This document shows, one piece after another, positions 62,062 through 64,000 of a stretch of DNA of 64,000 bases (positions are counted from its first letter, which is position 1; the number at the start of each line of letters is the position of its first letter). This stretch comes from Octopus sinensis (lineage: Eukaryota). The position numbers and the translations under genes are program-made. The stretch is taken from positions 164,907 to 228,906 of the forward strand of contig NW_021831846.1 in assembly GCF_006345805.1 (NCBI RefSeq), read 5' to 3'. The notes under the pieces were generated by a model. That model had not been told where the DNA came from and did not search any database. It saw only the letters and a program-made list of their open reading frames with translations.

Positions 62062-62068
62062 TTTTATA
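62062..62068 (-). promoter_or_regulatory. Candidate TATA box of the chitin-binding gene
   Basis: TATAAAA on - strand; the ~140-nt leader from ~62038 to the ATG at 61900 contains no upstream ATG. Confidence 0.5.
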
Positions 62069-62077
62069 ACAGCTCAA

Positions 62078-62108
<31 letters not shown>

Positions 62109-62117
62109 CCTATCTAC

Positions 62118-62152
<35 letters not shown>

Positions 62153-62506
62153 CTTATCTTCTTCTTCTTCTTCTCTGTAAATATAGACATCTCTCGGTGT
62201 ACCCCTGCCCACGCGGACATGCCCCCACCCTCCCCTTTCCCATTTGCTTCTAGGCGTATGTGTGTGTATGCATACATACATATATAAATGCATACATACT
62301 TACACACAGTGTGTGTGATTGTATGTATATAATGTGTATATATGTCTATGTATGTTTATATATACATATGTATATATATATATATGTATATATATATTAT
62401 ATGTATATATACATATAAATATATATGTGTATATATGCATAATATGTATATATATATATGTATTATATATAGGTATGTATATATGTATATATATGTATAT
62501 ATATTA

Positions 62507-62548
<42 letters not shown>

Positions 62549-62908
62549 TGTCTATGTAAAGTTATATATATATCTATAGTATATATATATAAACAAAAGA
62601 AGGAAATACGGAGTAGTAGCAGTCAAGTAAGTAAGAGAGCAGCAGAATAATGGAGTTATTGCTAGATGTACTTTGTAGAAAGGAAGAAACAATCCAATAT
62701 CAGCTTTTGCCCTTACCCTCCTCTCCGTGTCGTCAACTTTATTGACTTATCACCATCGTCATCGTCGTCATGGTTTCCTGTGTACTTTTCCAAGAGGATG
62801 TCTGCGTGTGCTCGTGATTACACGGGGACAGAAAGCAACTGGAGAAAGCATAGCACAAGCTTCCAGTTCAATATTCATTTGCGAGCGAAAGTTATAGAAA
62901 CATGTGCA

Positions 62909-63200
62909 TCTTTATATATAAAAGTCAAGTTGTGTGTCTGTCTGTCTCCTACGATTTAGATTCCTAACTACTCCCACATTTTGCGGTGCAGTTTAACCAA
63001 AACCGGGTATCTTATAGTCGTGATTCATATTGAGCCCTTCTGGGTATTAGCGTGCGTCTACGATGAGTCTACGATTTAAAAAAAATTTACCATCATTTTT
63101 TCCATTTTAATGCACTTTTTTCGCTATTATATAAGGGAAGTAACTCTCTAAAAATGTCTACGATGAGTCAACAATTTAAAAAAAAATTTACCATCATTTT
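62909..63200 (+). mobile_element. Non-autonomous Helitron, 3'-truncated
   Basis: Same 5' end A|TCTTTATATATAAAAG; CTAG end missing; short internal duplication. Confidence 0.7.
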
Positions 63201-63253
63201 TTTCCCATACCAACACCGGTTGTCAAGCTTTCGCGGAGGACAAATGCACGCGT

Positions 63254-63305
<52 letters not shown>

Positions 63306-63313
63306 CACACACA

Positions 63314-63363
<50 letters not shown>

Positions 63364-64000
63364 CGGACTTCTTTCAGTTTCCATCTACCAAATCTACTCA
63401 AGGCTTTGGTCGATCTGAGACTATAGTAGAAGACACTTGTCCAAGGTGGTACGCAGTTGGACTGAACTTGCAACTATGTGGTTGGGAGGAAAATGTCTTA
63501 TTTTACAGTTACGCCTTCGCGTATAAAACGGCAATCTTTATATTCAACTTAACGTAGATATATCAGAATACCTAATATTGCGCTATTTACTTTGAGAGGT
63601 CCTCTCATATGGACGCATGGTGCATAAAAGCACTCTTGTTTATATCGTTGGCAGACGAAAATCATTTGCTACGGGAACCGGAATTGCCAGGTCACGTTGT
63701 TTCGCTTTGCTCGGTCTTCTCAGTGGAAGACGTCCAGTCGCGTAGTGTTCTTGAGCAAAAAAAAAGCTTCATTTCATGCCGCTCTTGTTTACTCAGCAGT
63801 AAATGGGTGACCGTTCGATGAAATAGTTTTCCGACCAAACGAGAATGTTAACCTGCTCGCCTAGCCAGCGGGGTGGCGTCATTCGAAGTCTAAAACAACC
63901 TAAAGTGCATTGTGACCCAGGAGTTTTCATCTTTTTGGTAAAAAAAAAAAATCATCAACAGCATATGATATCATTACTGCGATACTGGTTCCTAGCCAAG

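Overview
AT-rich, microsatellite-laden animal genomic DNA. The repeat landscape looks like a coleoid cephalopod (octopus); that is my inference, not proven. Two protein-coding genes were assembled by hand. (1) + strand: the 3' 15 coding exons (2961-45780, 3456 nt, 1151 aa plus stop; all introns GT-AG and phase-consistent) of an eIF4E-transporter (4E-T / EIF4ENIF1) with expanded polyQ/polyH tracts. Its N-terminus lies upstream of the window. (2) - strand: a compact, apparently secreted protein (TATA ~62065; signal-peptide exon 61870-61900; main exon from 59134 down) with a ChtBD2 chitin-binding domain and a Trp/Asn/Gly-rich repeat tail. Its C-terminus is unresolved. Introns and intergenic DNA hold several tRNA-derived SINE families, RTE and CR1-like LINE remnants, Penelope-like fragments with hammerhead-like motifs, non-autonomous and fossil autonomous Helitrons, piggyBac-like and hAT-like MITEs, and a ~50-unit minisatellite. 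Most provocative: inverted Helitron copies bracket in-frame exon blocks of 4E-T (predicted circRNA with an endless ORF), there is a near-perfect 90-bp fold-back in a 4E-T intron, and the chitin-binding protein may be an undescribed biomaterial protein. Almost all short ORFs in the supplied track are repeat or microsatellite artefacts. No searches were run; family assignments rest on motif recognition.
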